Shown here in pieces: positions 47,906-60,225 of a stretch of 64,000 nucleotides of DNA (position 1 is the stretch's first letter; each line of letters begins with the position of its first letter). A program made the translations under genes and the position numbers. This DNA comes from Mobula hypostoma. Lineage: Eukaryota. The stretch is taken from positions 33,978,001 to 34,042,000 of the forward strand of contig NC_086097.1 of assembly GCF_963921235.1 (NCBI RefSeq). Reading direction: 5' to 3'. The notes under the pieces are model-generated. The model saw only the letters and a program-made list of their open reading frames with translations. It was not told the DNA's origin and did no database searches.

Positions 47906-50700
47906 TCATTGTTGGGATCATTCTCATCAGCCTCATCTGCACTCTCTCCAGCCCCCGGCACATCTTTCCTTAGATATGAGGCCCAATACTGTTCACAATA
48001 CTCCAAATGTAGTCTGACCAACATCTTATAAAGCCTCTCATTATTCCTTGCTCTCATATTCTAGTCCTCTTGAACTGAATACCAAGATTGCATTTGCCTT
48101 CTTTACTAATGACTCAGCCTTCAAATTGACCCAAGGAAATCATGCACTATGGCTCCCAAAACCCTTGGGACCTCTGATTTTTGAATTCTCTCCCCATTTA
48201 TATAATAGTCTACACACTTATTCCTTCTACCAAAGTACATGATTATACACTTCCCGACACAGTATTCAATCTGCAATTTCTTCGCTCATTCTTCAGATTA
48301 TTCAAGTCATCCCTCCTTTTGTAGCAGTACTTGCTCCTCCACCTATCTTTGTATCATTTGCAAACTCTGGAGTCTCGCAATTCTTAAAATAATGCCTCAT
48401 TTATCTCTTCAGCTACATCCCTCAAAACTGACTGTAAGTTGGAGTCTATTTGTTCTCGGTGACTTGTCCACATTCAGACGTTCCAGCTTCCAGGCACCTT
48501 CTTCTTCTGATCCCTGACTCGAACTTCTGGCATGCTGCTGGTGTCTTCAACGGTGAAGACTGATGCAAAACACTTATTCAGTTTATCTACCATCTCTTTG
48601 TTCCTTATTACTGCTTATTTCCAGTGGTTCAATGTCAACTCCTGCCTCTCTCTAGCTCTTTATACTGTATATCTGAAGAAACTTTTGGTATCAACTTTTG
48701 TTATTAGTTAGTTTTCCTTTATATTTCACCTCCTCTCCTCTTAGTGCCTTTCTATTTGCCTTTTGTTGGATTTCAAAAGCTTCCTAATCCTCTGGCTTTG
48801 TGCTAATTTTTACAATGTTATACACCCTCTCTTTTGCTTTTATGCTGTATTTAACTCCCCTATCAGCCACTATTGTTTCACCCTGTCCTTGGAATGCTTC
48901 CTTCTTCTTTCGGATGAAATGATTTTGCATCTCCTGAATTAATCTCAGAAACTCTTGCTATTGCTGCTCTGACATTATTGCTGCTAAGGTCTCTTTTTAA
49001 TCTGCTTGGCCAGCTCCTTTCTCATCACTCAGTAACTACTTTTACTCAACTGTCATACTGATACACCTGATTTTGGCTACTCCCTCAAAAACTGCAGGGT
49101 GAATTCCGTCATATGATGATCACTGCATCCTCAGTGTTCCTCTGCCTTAAGCTCACTAATCAAATCTGGTTCATAGTGGAGGAGAAGATGGCGGCTCTCT
49201 GGTGAATGATATCTGTGATCTGTCAAGTAGAGGACCGTGCACAAATCTGATTTGATGGAGACGGACCTGAGAGTACGGAGGAACATCTGGAAAACTTCTG
49301 AAATGCCTGCTTCACTGCCGCTGCTACTGTGTGGTAACCGGAATCTCCGGAGCAGAAGGCCCCGAGCCCTCGGCTTTGCTTGTTTCAGCGGCCGGGGCTA
49401 AGTCGAAGGCGCTCGGCAGAGGATGGCGCTCGGGAGGCTGTATCGGAGGGGCTGGTCGGAGGCTCGAAGTTTCGGATGGATGGACTCAGTGTTGGCTGTG
49501 GTCGGCTGCTTCCAAGGCATCGGCAAGTTGACGGTGCCTGGAGGTTTATGGCAGGGAGTTTCTCCCTTTTGCCGCCTGCTATCGGGGACTCGGGAGTCTA
49601 TTGACTCGGGGACTTTGAGACTTCATTTACCGTGCCCATGGTTTGTTCTTCATCAAATTATGGTATTGCTTTGCACTGCTGTAACTATATGTTATAATTA
49701 TGTGGTTCTGTCAGTGTTAATCTTTGGTTTGTCCTGTTTTCTGTGATATCACTCCGGAGAAACATTGTATCATTTCTTAATGCATGTATGCATTTCTAAA
49801 TGACAATAAAAGAGGACCGAGTGTTCTCATAATCTAATCTAACTCCAAATGAAGAATTGCCTTTTTCCTCATGGACTTGACCCCAAGTTGCTCTAAAAAG
49901 CCAACTCACAAGCATTTTACAAATTCCTTTTCTTGGGATCCAGTGCCAACCTGATTTTTGCAGTCTACCTGCATATTGAAGTCCTCTATGACAGCATAAC
50001 TTTGCTTTTCCTACACAAAATGCTAGATGAGCTCAGAAGGTTAGGCAGCATCTATGGAATTGAATAAACAGTTGACGTATTAGACTGAGAACCTTTATCA
50101 AAACTCGACCTAAAACATCGATTGTTTACTGATTTCCTTGGATGCTACCTGACCGCTGAGTTCCTCCAATGTTTTGTGTGTGTTGCCCTGCATTTCCCGC
50201 ATCTGCAGTATTTTTGTGTTTATGTTATTTCTTTCCTACCTCGTTATAATTTGAACCTCACATCCTGGGTTTTGCAGGCCTGTATAAAACTCCCATCAGG
50301 GTCCTTTTACTCTTGCAGGTTCTTAACTCTACCCAGAAGGTTTCTACACCTTTTGACCCTGTGTCACTTTTTTTTATAACTTTTTACCAAGAGAACACCT
50401 CACCCTCTCTGCCCACCTGCCTGTCTCTTCAATAGGATGTGTATTCTTGGATGTAACCTTTCACACCTTGCCTTTCATGAGTCTGTCGATCCTTGATTTA
50501 AAATCATTCAAAACCTCAGCTTCTAACAGCTTTTGAGAAACAAGAGTTCCAACGATTTACAATCTTCTGAGAGAAATGTTCTGCATCATCGCCATCTTAA
50601 AGGGCAATCCTTTATTTGTAAACACTGACCCCTGGTTCTAGATTCAACTGAGTTCCCTTTCGCTCTTTTAAACTCCAGTGGATACAAGTTCTCATAGGCG
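47905..50700 (-). mobile_element. Old fragmented CR1
   Basis: Decayed minus-strand ORF2 pieces, interrupted at ~49176-49841 and ~50013-50222. Confidence 0.6.
49176..49841 (+). mobile_element. Non-autonomous retroelement (SINE-like), copy 3 of 3, apparently complete
   Basis: Starts ggaggagaagatggcgg; ends aataaaagagg...(taatc)n. Confidence 0.75.
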
Positions 50701-51094
50701 GCAGGGTTGGAGAGAGTTAAAAGATTCAAGTTCATGGATGTTAACATCTGAAACGTAGATGTAACCACGAGGAATGCCTGTGCCTCTAGTTTCATGCAAG
50801 CTCAAGGAGATATGACACACTTCCATACGTTTACAAATACACTGTGTTCTGTGGAGTATTGTCTCAATTCAAGTGCCTGTGATGATGCTGCACGTGGGTT
50901 TCTCAGTCCAACTGCACTTTGGCGCACTTTTGCATACGATAATAGACTTGATTTCAGTAGCTGCTCTAGTTTTTTCTCATAAGACTATCCACCCATTCCA
51001 GACTTTCGAATGAAAACTTTGTAAAGCCATTTAGTGGTAAGGTGCATTTTCAAGCTCTGGCTCCTTATTCTGGCTTGAGATTGATAAGTATATA

Positions 51095-52630
51095 TGGTGA
51101 CGCCGCAGCCATGGGAGGATGGACAACAGGGCAGGTACCACTGACGCCGCCGGGGCAAAAGAAAGCTCAATGGGGCTCAGCAATTCACACCACAAGGTCC
51201 ACCCTGAAGCTCTTCAGATACAATGGTACCAGCGCCTGGCACCTTACCTGGCACAAGTCAAACTTGCCGCATGGCGCAACGGGTGGAGGCCGTTGGAAGG
51301 AGGAATGGGGGGAGAACTGGGCAGCAGAACGTGCCACGTGGGAGAAAGCCTGGGGGTATTTGCAGTAGATCTCCACCACTGCGCTCAGCATAGCTACCCC
51401 TAGTTCCCTCCCACAGCCCAGGAAGAGCTTGCTCGTCATGTCTTTGTAAAGGTGATGACACGAGAGCGCTTTGGCAGCATGTTCAACTGATCTCACCATC
51501 ATCGCTGGCAGAGGCAGGGAGGGCAGAAGCAATCTTAGCCCTCCAGGGCATTCCAGCATTGCCTCACATGCCACGAGCCCAGGCTCGTGTCACTGAGGCA
51601 GAGACAGGTCTGACCGGTGCACTGCCAGTACCACCGGTGCCACGGAACGATCTCTGCTGCTGTTGTGATGAGACCCAGGACTGCCCCCACACCAGCACCA
51701 TGCCACAGCCCAGTGCAGCTGGCGGTGGCTGACCACTTTGGGGTTGCAAAGACATTGGGCAAGCTACGGGAATGCTTCTGCTGGCCTGGGTATAGGCAGG
51801 ACATGGAGCTGTTTGTACACTGTTGCAGTGCTTGCATGCCCCAGAAGGGGCTGGACCCCCAGTCTAGGGCATCAATCCAGCAGTACATGGCAGGGGCCCC
51901 AATTCGAGACTACTGCCCTTTCCAGATGAAAGGACTATTCCTCAAGCTGGGAAGCCACTGGAAGGTGCTGGGAGAGGTGATCAGCCGCATCTTTGATGTG
52001 GTGTATCGGATGAAGTTACCTGAATGGCGGAAAGCAGTTGTGCGCGTTGGGATTGGCTGGCACTGTACCGGCCCTTGGCCACCACCAATTCAGCAAGGAC
52101 GAAAGGAGGAAGTGACACACTGGGTGCCTTGCCTCTTGCCTCACAGTTCCTCCTCTGGGTGGGGGGGGCGCTCCAGAAACCTCCCCCACCCCCAGCGTCT
52201 CAGGTGGCAGCATCAACCACCACCAGGACTTTTGGACTTTGGTGTAGACTCTGGGGTTGCTGTGGACGGCTGACCCCTCAAGTTGGGGCAGTGTGAAGTT
52301 CCCGGGGGGGGGGGGGGTGGCAAGGTCGACAGCATTCCTATGACCAGTGCTGTCTATTGTTCTTTCATTAAAATGCCTTCATAGGGGTTACGGTGAGATG
52401 TTCAAGTTCATTTATTGTCACATTTTAGCTTGGGTTATACGCAGGTGTGGTTGTGGGTCACCCCAACTGTAACTGGGGGAGTGTAATAATCACCTCCTCC
52501 ATCTGTATGTGACTGAGTGGATTCTCTCCCAGGATCATAGTTCCTGGTCTGTTTTTGTGTTTATCACAATAAAAACAGTTGTTGAGTTTAACGAGCATAC
52601 TCATCTGTCAAGGACTGAATGCTCGCTACA
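51095..52630 (+). mobile_element. Internally deleted Gypsy-type LTR element with 3' LTR only
   Basis: PBS-like tggtgacgccg; gag-like RYNGT...YLAQVKLAAWRNGW; integrase zinc-binding HFGVAKT...WPG...CSAC and GPY/F-like KLGSHWK...DVVYRMKL; purine tract, then tgtga...ctaca LTR (52292-52630). Confidence 0.7.
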
Positions 52631-52769
52631 ATATTTAATGCAGCTATTGTAGGCCAACTTGTCTGTTCTATGTTCCTAGAGTATAGAAGGATAATCTAAT
52701 TGAACATTTCAGAAGTTTGACAGGATTAAACAGAATAAAGACAACCAATGTGCTATACTTCATTGGGAG

Positions 52770-53370
52770 TTTGAAGAGATTTGACATGTCGACAAATACA
52801 TTCAAAAGCTTCTATAGTTGTACTGTGGAGAGCATTCTGACAGGCTGCATCACTGTCTGGTATGGAGGGGCTACTGCACAGGACTGAAAGAAGCTGCAGA
52901 AGATTGTAAATCTAGTCAGCTCCATCTTGGGCACTAGCTTACAAAGTACCCAGGACATCTTTAGGGAGCGGTGTCTCAGAAAGGCAGCGTCCATTATTAA
53001 GGACCTCCAGCACCCAGGGCATGCCCTTTTCTCAATGTTACCATCAGGTAGGAGATACAGAAGCCTGAAGGCACACACTCAGCGACTCAGGAACAGCTTC
53101 TAACCCTCTGCCATCTGATTCCTGAATGGACGTTGAAACTTTAGACACTACCTCACTTTTAAAAAAATATATAGTATTTCTGTTTTTGCACATTTTTAAA
53201 AAATCTATTCAATATATGTAATTGATTTACTTGTTTATTTATTATTATTATTTTTTAATTTTATTTATTATTATGTTTTTTCTCTGCTAGATTATGTATT
53301 GCTGCTGCTGCTAAGTTAACACATTTCATGTCACATGCAGGTGATAATAAACCTGATTCTAATTCTGATT
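52770..53370 (+). mobile_element. Rex-like LINE 3' fragment
   Basis: CTVESILTGCITVWYG, LPSGRRYRSLKAHT; aataaacctgattctaattctga tail. Confidence 0.85.
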
Positions 53371-53966
53371 GCCAAACAGGAGGCACAATATTGATACAGA
53401 GGCTTCCAGGAGAAAAATCAAGGAGAATTTTCACATGAAGGGTGGGAGAAATCCCAAACTCTCTTCCACTGTCCAGGCTGGTGCAAGGTGAAGTTCAATA
53501 GGCTTTTCAGATAAGGTAGTAGATAACATTTGTGGAAAAGCAACCCAGAAGGACTAAGGCCTGAAATGTGAATCTGAATTTCACCAAATCATCTCAGATA
53601 TTTAATATGTTAATTAATTAAATTCTAGATTTAGATGTAGTGAAAATTACTGCTATAAAAACACAATCTAGTTCACTACTGGTCCTCATGGAGAGGAATT
53701 TGCAGTAGGGTCTGCGTGATCTCTGTTACAACATCTGAAATGAGTCAGAAAGCCACTCGATTCAAGGGTAACTAGGAATGGAGAATAAATGCTAGCCTCG
53801 CCTGTAAATATCAATGAACTTCTTAACCTGTAAAATCTCTAGACTGCTTTTGGTATTCCAAAGTAATGGAAGTAGCATAGCAAATGATTATGTTAGACAC
53901 AGTAGTAAGATTTTTGCAAAGTGAACAGAAATTTTCAGTACTATTAGCAGGCAAGCCAGCATGTGC

Positions 53967-53992
53967 AGAGAGAGAGAGAGAGAGAGAGAGAG
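53967..53992. repeat. (AG)n microsatellite
   Basis: Direct reading. Confidence 0.9.
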
Positions 53993-54648
53993 GTAAATGG
54001 AGTTAATGTTTCAGCTTGGTGACATTCCATTGACTATATTAGATACTAATGTAAGGTTAAGGTCATTGACTTGAGACATTAACTCCGCTCCCCATAAATG
54101 CTGACTGACCTGCTGAGTTTTATTTCAAATTTCCAGGATCTACAGTTTTCGTCTTAGTACTAGAACAGTTGTAGCTGGAATAATGGCCTTCTTTCATGCT
54201 TAACAATTCCACAAGTGTAGATTAATAAATAGGAAAACATTTTTCAGAATATACAGGTCAGGGTCACTGGAACAGATGAATCAAAAACTATTTCCTCACA
54301 CCCATTTCCCTCATTTCTGACCTGGCACACTTCATCAACCTGAACTTTATCTTCATTTCTCTTTCCACAGATGCTTGTGATCTGCTGAGCACTTCCTGCA
54401 ATTTCTGTTTTATTTCAGGCATTTAGGAATCCGTAGTTTTTTTTCCTGCATGTAGCAGAGCAGAGAAATGCTAACTGGTGACATACACACCTCTCTGTCT
54501 CCGTCTCCCCAGTGACTTGGGGAAAATTAACAATGGAGTTGGCATGTGAATCTTCAAGAACTTGTATTCTGAACAAAAATAACAAGTTAGTAAAGTTTTC
54601 TATTTTCACTCATTACTTTTCAACAGGACTATTTTTGATAGGACTGAC

Positions 54649-54752
54649 CTGTCCTGCAAATAGACCGCAGACACCAATGATACACAGAATGTTAAATACT
54701 GCTGAACCAACAATAGTTCCAACTCCAACATCTCCATGGGTGATAAAGACAC
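54649..54752 (-). CDS. SLC24A4: NCKX coding exon, 104 nt: (G)VFITHGDVGVGTIVGSAVFNILCIIGVCGLFAGQ
   Basis: cag|GT GTC TTT...GGA CAG|gtcagt; phase 1/0 joins the previous exon. ITHGD is the NCKX4 form as I recall it (NCKX3 has ITKGD). Confidence 0.92.
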
Positions 54753-55274
54753 CTGCAGGAATATAAAGAAAGCGTTACTCAGCAGTTGCTTTACCAGACT
54801 TTATTATATAAAACGTAAGAAATAATAATAGCACTTCTTTTGGAGATCTATGTGAACAGATTGATCTGCAAGCTATTTGTAAATGAAACTACAGATAATG
54901 TTAATTCACCTGAGCACAAAATAAAATGAAAGATAACTCAGCCTATTGATAAAAAATAGCAATAGTGCGATCACTGGAGTTGAATATGATGTACTCCTAA
55001 GGGGTTGTGTATTAGTGAACCTTCAGGTGGCTGTAGAAGTCGATCTGGTATCACCGCCTGAATTAATCCGGGATGTTAGGATGGATTCCCTTAATGGAGA
55101 ACACCTTTGTGTGACTTTGTTTAACATGGGTAGGCTGATATATGGGCAGTCACGACACAGTCCTTGACAGATCGGGGTCAGGGTTCAGTGCATCCCAAAT
55201 ATAATCCATAGAATGAACTTAAAACTAAGGGTCCAAGGAGGGTCCCATTCTAAATAGACTGTTTCCCAGTTTCA

Positions 55275-55363
55275 TAAAATTCTCTTTGAGGAACACAGAC
55301 TAATTCTTTCAAAATCACTTGAAGTTGTGAAGAATTGGTCTGTGTTTCTCAAAGAGAATTTTA
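55275..55363. repeat. Inverted repeat: 34-nt arms, 21-nt spacer
   Basis: taaaattctctttgaggaacacagactaattctt / aagaattggtctgtgtttctcaaagagaatttta; 32 of 34 positions are Watson-Crick. Confidence 0.92.
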
Positions 55364-55474
55364 GGAGGTCTAATACACATTGTTTGAAAATTTACATGAA
55401 AGTTTAAATTACCAGTAGCTCAAATGGATTTCCCGGACAATGATATTCTCAGATATGTATTGTAGTAAACTGTG

Positions 55475-55554
55475 CAGGGGTTTCCGACCTGGGGTCGAAG
55501 GACCCCTTGCTTAATGGCATTGGTCCACGGCATAAAAAAGGTTGGGAACCCCTG
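55475..55554. mobile_element. 80-bp hAT-like MITE
   Basis: TIRs caggggtttccgacct / aggttgggaacccctg; no clear 8-bp TSD. Confidence 0.65.
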
Positions 55555-55847
55555 TGTTAGAGTAAAATAAATGAACAAATAGATTATTTTTCTGTTAAAA
55601 CTGAAAGTGCTGTAAATACTCAGCGGGTCAGACAGCTTTTGGCAGAGAGAAAAATGGGGTTAATTTTCAGGTGAATGATGTTTCATTTAAATTGAAATGT
55701 CAATTCTTACCTCTCTTCACAGGTGCTGCTGCCCACCTGCTGAGCATTCTCAGCATTTCTATTTTATTTTGTTTTGTTTTAGATTTACAGCAACTGCGGC
55801 ATTTTGCATTTGTAGCAGAGAATTTACTAACTGGGTAGGGACATTAC

Positions 55848-55932
55848 CGATGACTGAAGCAAACAGCTCAGGTGCTGAACTCCCAGCCGCCATAAAGGTG
55901 GCACCAGCTACATCTTCGTTCAAATGTAATCT
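55848..55932 (-). CDS. SLC24A4: NCKX coding exon, 85 nt: [28 protein letters not shown](G), alpha-1 repeat
   Basis: tag|AGA TTA CAT...ATC G|gtaatg; contains the alpha-1 signature [15 protein letters not shown]. Phase 0/1. Confidence 0.92.
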
Positions 55933-56339
55933 CTACATCAAAAAAAACAGATGTCATCACAGGATATTACAAATATTCAATCGCACAAGAAATTACGCTT
56001 CCTCAGCCCTCAGAGTTTAGAACACAGTACGTTTTTCAAAAAGTTCCCACTCATCTGTTAACTTTATGAGATAAGTAAGTAAGGTCTCTGTCTGAGGCCC
56101 CAACTGGCAGTCAACCAGCTAAGTTTGACTGTTCACATGAATGACATAACTGAGTATAAGATTAAACATACTGTTTATCAATCATTGCTTTTATTGTCTA
56201 TTCTATAATATTTTTACTGAGTTATCAATAAATATTCAGATTATTGTTATATAGCTTTGTGGGAATTATCTTTTTATGATAAGTGTGATCTTAACTAAAC
56301 AAATTAGTTTCTAAAGTCCTAGACAATCAACCTAACTTA

Positions 56340-56868
56340 CACTCAAGTTGCCACTTTATGAGGTAGCCTCTGCACCTAAAAAACTGACCATTGAGTTCAT
56401 GTTTGTGGTCTTCTGCTACTGTAGCCCAAGGTTCAATGTGTTGTGCATTCAGAGATGCTCTTTTGCACACCACTGTTGAAACGTGTGGTTACTTGAGTTA
56501 CCGTCACCTTCCTCTCAGCCTGAACTAGTCTGGCCATTCTCCTCTGACCTCTCTAATCACAGTACTGCCACTTACTGGACGTTTTCTGTTTTTCTGTAAA
56601 CTCTAGAGACTTGTTGTGCATGGATAAAATCCCAGATTAATAGTTTCTGAGGTACTCAAACTACCCCCTCCGGTATTATCAAACATTCCAAGGTCAAAGT
56701 AATTTAGATCACACTTCTTCCCTGTTCTGATATTTGGTCTGAACAACTGAACTTCTTGAAGATACTGCGTGCTTTTATGCATTGAGGTGCTGCCACATGA
56801 TTGGCTGATTAGATATTTGCATTAATGATAAGGTTTACAGGTGTACCTAATAAATTGGCCACTGAGTG
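56340..56868 (-). mobile_element. Tc1-derived non-autonomous element
   Basis: TIRs cactcaagttgccacttt / aaattggccactgagtg with TA on both sides; same body as 8058-8625. Confidence 0.85.
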
Positions 56869-57894
56869 TAGACTTTACAAGACCAGCCTGGCTTTCCCAT
56901 CCCAGTTTATCTGCAGCTCTAGGTCCAGCTGTAGCACTGTGATGAAACTGAAGGTCTCACTTGGATACATGGTTAGAACAAATAAGATTGCTTCGTCAGT
57001 AAATTGGTCAACAGGACAGCACAACCTTTCGTTCATTGAGCAAAAGGGCACTTTAAGATCAAAGTCTCAGATCTGGCAAAAAAAAAATCTCTTGGTCTAT
57101 TGTGCTTGAGTGATTCCTATGTACTTTCAAGACCTGAACTCTCTACAGTGGATATCTTAAAGTATCAGAAAAATCCCAATGCTGACTCCAAAAAATTCAC
57201 CAGGTTCTCTGGAAGGATAAATGGACCAATGTCATCATCCTCTCTGTGGTCAACAGCCCGGGCACTGAGGTCTCAGTCAGCTAACTCTAACTGTCCACAT
57301 CAACTGCATAACTGGCACAAGACATCCTGGAAAATATCAGCTGGTGAACGGAGAACAGGATGAGCTCATGTCCCTTGAAATGCAATATACCCACTGATTC
57401 CTGGGAATCTTTGCTCCATAGTCACCTAAAATATAGAAAGAATATTCAAGATGGTATCGAGAACCTCCAGGTTATTCACTGGGGTCCTGTATAAGTGCTG
57501 GAAGAAGCATGCTACTTCTAAAACTACTCATTGACGTGTCTCATCAGTCACCTTCTGCCCCATCTGCACAAAAGTCTGCATGGTTCTGCTTCAACCTTCA
57601 GAATCTACAAGATTGAAGTGACCACGTGATCCTTGTCTCCAAAAATGACATTTGCAAAATATACTAAAGACATGACATCAAACTGTATCTCTTCAAAACA
57701 ACCCCCATGTAATCTTTTTTGATAGTATATTCAAATACAATATCTGAATTAGGACACGGTTTCATATTCTTTTTTCCACTTTTAAGTGTCAATATCAAGG
57801 CCAGAATTTAATCAATAGTTAATATATAATATGCATTTCAGACACAATGCAATACTCTCAATGCCTTACAGTAAGTAAATACATGTCAACATAC

Positions 57895-57969
57895 CTCACA
57901 TATTTTTTCTAGAGCTGGAACAAAGAAGTCATCACAAACTATAGCCAGTGCGTAAAACATATATACGGC
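57895..57969 (-). CDS. SLC24A4: NCKX (SLC24) coding exon, 75 nt: AVYMFYALAIVCDDFFVPALEKICE
   Basis: Minus strand reads cag|GCC GTA TAT ATG TTT...TGT GAG|gtatg. The peptide matches the NCKX3/4 segment YMFYALAIVCDDFFVPSLEKICE. Phase 0/0. Confidence 0.9.
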
Positions 57970-58229
57970 CTGTAAAGAGAAAACAATCAACATCAGTCAT
58001 ATTTCCCAAAAACACTTCTCCTTTTGCTCTTCATCTCAAAAATAATTTTTGCCTTGATTTCTGTATGCATTCTGAAGACGTACATAGCAAGGAATGTCTT
58101 TTATCCATCAATTGGTACAATGTCACTGGGAGATATTGGGTGTCGGCTTCTCCAATAGGGAGTCTTGTGGATAGTGGAACAGGTTACAATGATCAGATCT
58201 TGGTCAGTTAAGAGAGACAGGCTGAGGAA

Positions 58230-58945
58230 TGGCAAACAGATTTCAGCCAAGGCAATGCATTTCGTACGTACACACCAGGGTAGGAACTGAATAGGAGGAC
58301 ATCAATGAATGTTGAGGAACAGTGGGATCCAGAATTACAAGCACACAGTTTGCTGAAAGCAACTGCATAATTAGACAAGGTGGCGAAGGAGGCTTTTAGT
58401 TTGCCGGCCTTCATCAGTCAGGGCATCGATTTTGGGAGTAGAGACATTATGTTGCCGTTATGCAATTCATTGGTGAGACCGCACTTGCAGTGTTGAATAC
58501 AGTTTTGGTCACCCACCCTCTTACAGGAAAGACATTGTTAAGCTGGAGAGTGTGCAGAAGAGGGAGAGGTTGGTCACACTGGATCTGAATTCATTGGAGA
58601 GCAAAACAATGAAGTTTATAAAATCATGAGGGTATGGACAAGGTGGATGATCATAGTCTTCACCCCAGGGTGGTAGGAGTCCAAAACTACAGGGCGCAGA
58701 TAGAAGATAAGAGAAGAGAAATTTGAAAGGGACCTGAGAGTTAACTTCTTTACACTGAAGGTAGTGAGCGAACTGTTACAGGAAGTGGTTGAGCCAGGCA
58801 CAACTGCAACATTTAACAGGCACTTGGTTAGGGACACGGTGGGAATGGAGTTGAAGGGCTATGGACCAGTTGCAGGGGACTGGGACTAACAAGGGGGCAA
58901 GGACCTGTTGCACTGAAGGGCAGTTTCCGTGCTCTATGACTATGT
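58230..58945 (+). mobile_element. Old CR1 3' fragment
   Basis: Decayed LVRPHL and FWSP coding; ctctatgactatg tail. Confidence 0.7.
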
Positions 58946-59417
58946 GCCTCTGATACAGGATTGTGAAATATGCTCCTGAGAAACAATCCACTTCGAAAAC
59001 AATTTTAACAAACCCTATCCATGTAAACAAAAAGCCGAGATGAGGAAAATTAACATACAAGTACATACTATATTCTCTGAGGTGTAAAGCAAATATTATT
59101 CAGCTTTTCTTCAAATGTCACTGCTATGATTTACATCTGCTGCTGAAATTCTGGGGAGGTGGAGGTGCCAGTGTGCAAACCTTCAGAATCCACAGTGGTT
59201 GTGAGTTTGATTATGCTCTCAATTCTAATATCTCACCACTTGTGTCCACTTTTGTTGTTTTTTTTCTCTGAAATGGTGAACTTCGAAAGAAAATGTAAAA
59301 AAAATGAAGATACACAAAAGGGACTTTCACCAATTCATCTTGGAAAGACAGTGAACAGAAGAGCTCTGATGATCTTCCTCTAGTTTTAACTTTAGTGGCA
59401 AAAATAAACCAAGAGTA

Positions 59418-60225
59418 ACAAATTTCAAAGTAATTTATTATCAAAGCACATATATGTCACCATATACAACGCTGAGATTTGTTTTCTTGTGGGCATACAT
59501 GGTAAATCCAAGAAACACAATAAAATCAGTGAAAGACTGCCCCCAACAGAACAAACAACCAGTGTGCAAAAGACAACAAACTGTGCAAATACAAAATCAA
59601 ATAATAATAATAAATAATAAATAATCAATAAGTATTGAGAACTTAAGATGAAGAGTCCTTGAAAGTGACTTCTCTTCAGTGGGAATAGTGATGGGGCAAG
59701 TAAAGTTGAGTGAAGTTATCCCTACTGGTTCAAAAGCCTGATGATTGAGGGTGTCGATCCTGGGGCAAGAAGAGAGGATAGACTGAACAGTGGAGGCCCT
59801 TGATGATGGATGCTGCTTTCTTGTGACAGCACTCCATGTTGATATGCTCAATGATGGGGAGGGCTTTATGCGTGATGGACTCTGTGCCAATATCTACTAC
59901 TTTTTATGGGATTTTCCGTTGAAGGTCATTGGTGATTCCATGCCAGGCTGTGTACTCTCCACCACACGTCTGTAGAAGTTTTTCAAAGCTTTAGTTGTCA
60001 TGCCGAATTTTTGCAAACTTCGAAGGAAGCAGAGGTGCTACTGTGCTTTCTTCATAATGGTATCTGCATGCTGGACCCAGGACAAACCTTCTGAAATAAT
60101 AACACTGAGGAATTTAATGTTGCTGACCCTCTCCACCTCTAATCCCCCAATAAGGACTGACTCATGGACCTCTGGTTTCCTCTCCTGTAGTCAATAGTCA
60201 GTTCCTTGGTCTTGCTGGCATTGAG
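59418..60225 (-). mobile_element. Rex-like LINE 3' fragment
   Basis: Similar to 27940-28800. Confidence 0.75.

Larger units (their letters stand above)
30195..48235. repeat. Direct tandem duplication of an ~3-kb unit (copy 1 ~30195-43040, copy 2 ~43040-48235)
   Basis: Colinear matches: 33250-33660/45065-45477, 37681-38010/45483-45810, 38831-38989/45821-45990, 41706-42320/46017-46635. Confidence 0.9.

Noticed and set aside
4076..57969. Calling the gene SLC24A3
   Set aside because: SSAPEL is NCKX3-like, but ITHGD, WWEGL and LTxWxVFRDS favour NCKX4. A phylogeny or synteny check is needed for certainty.
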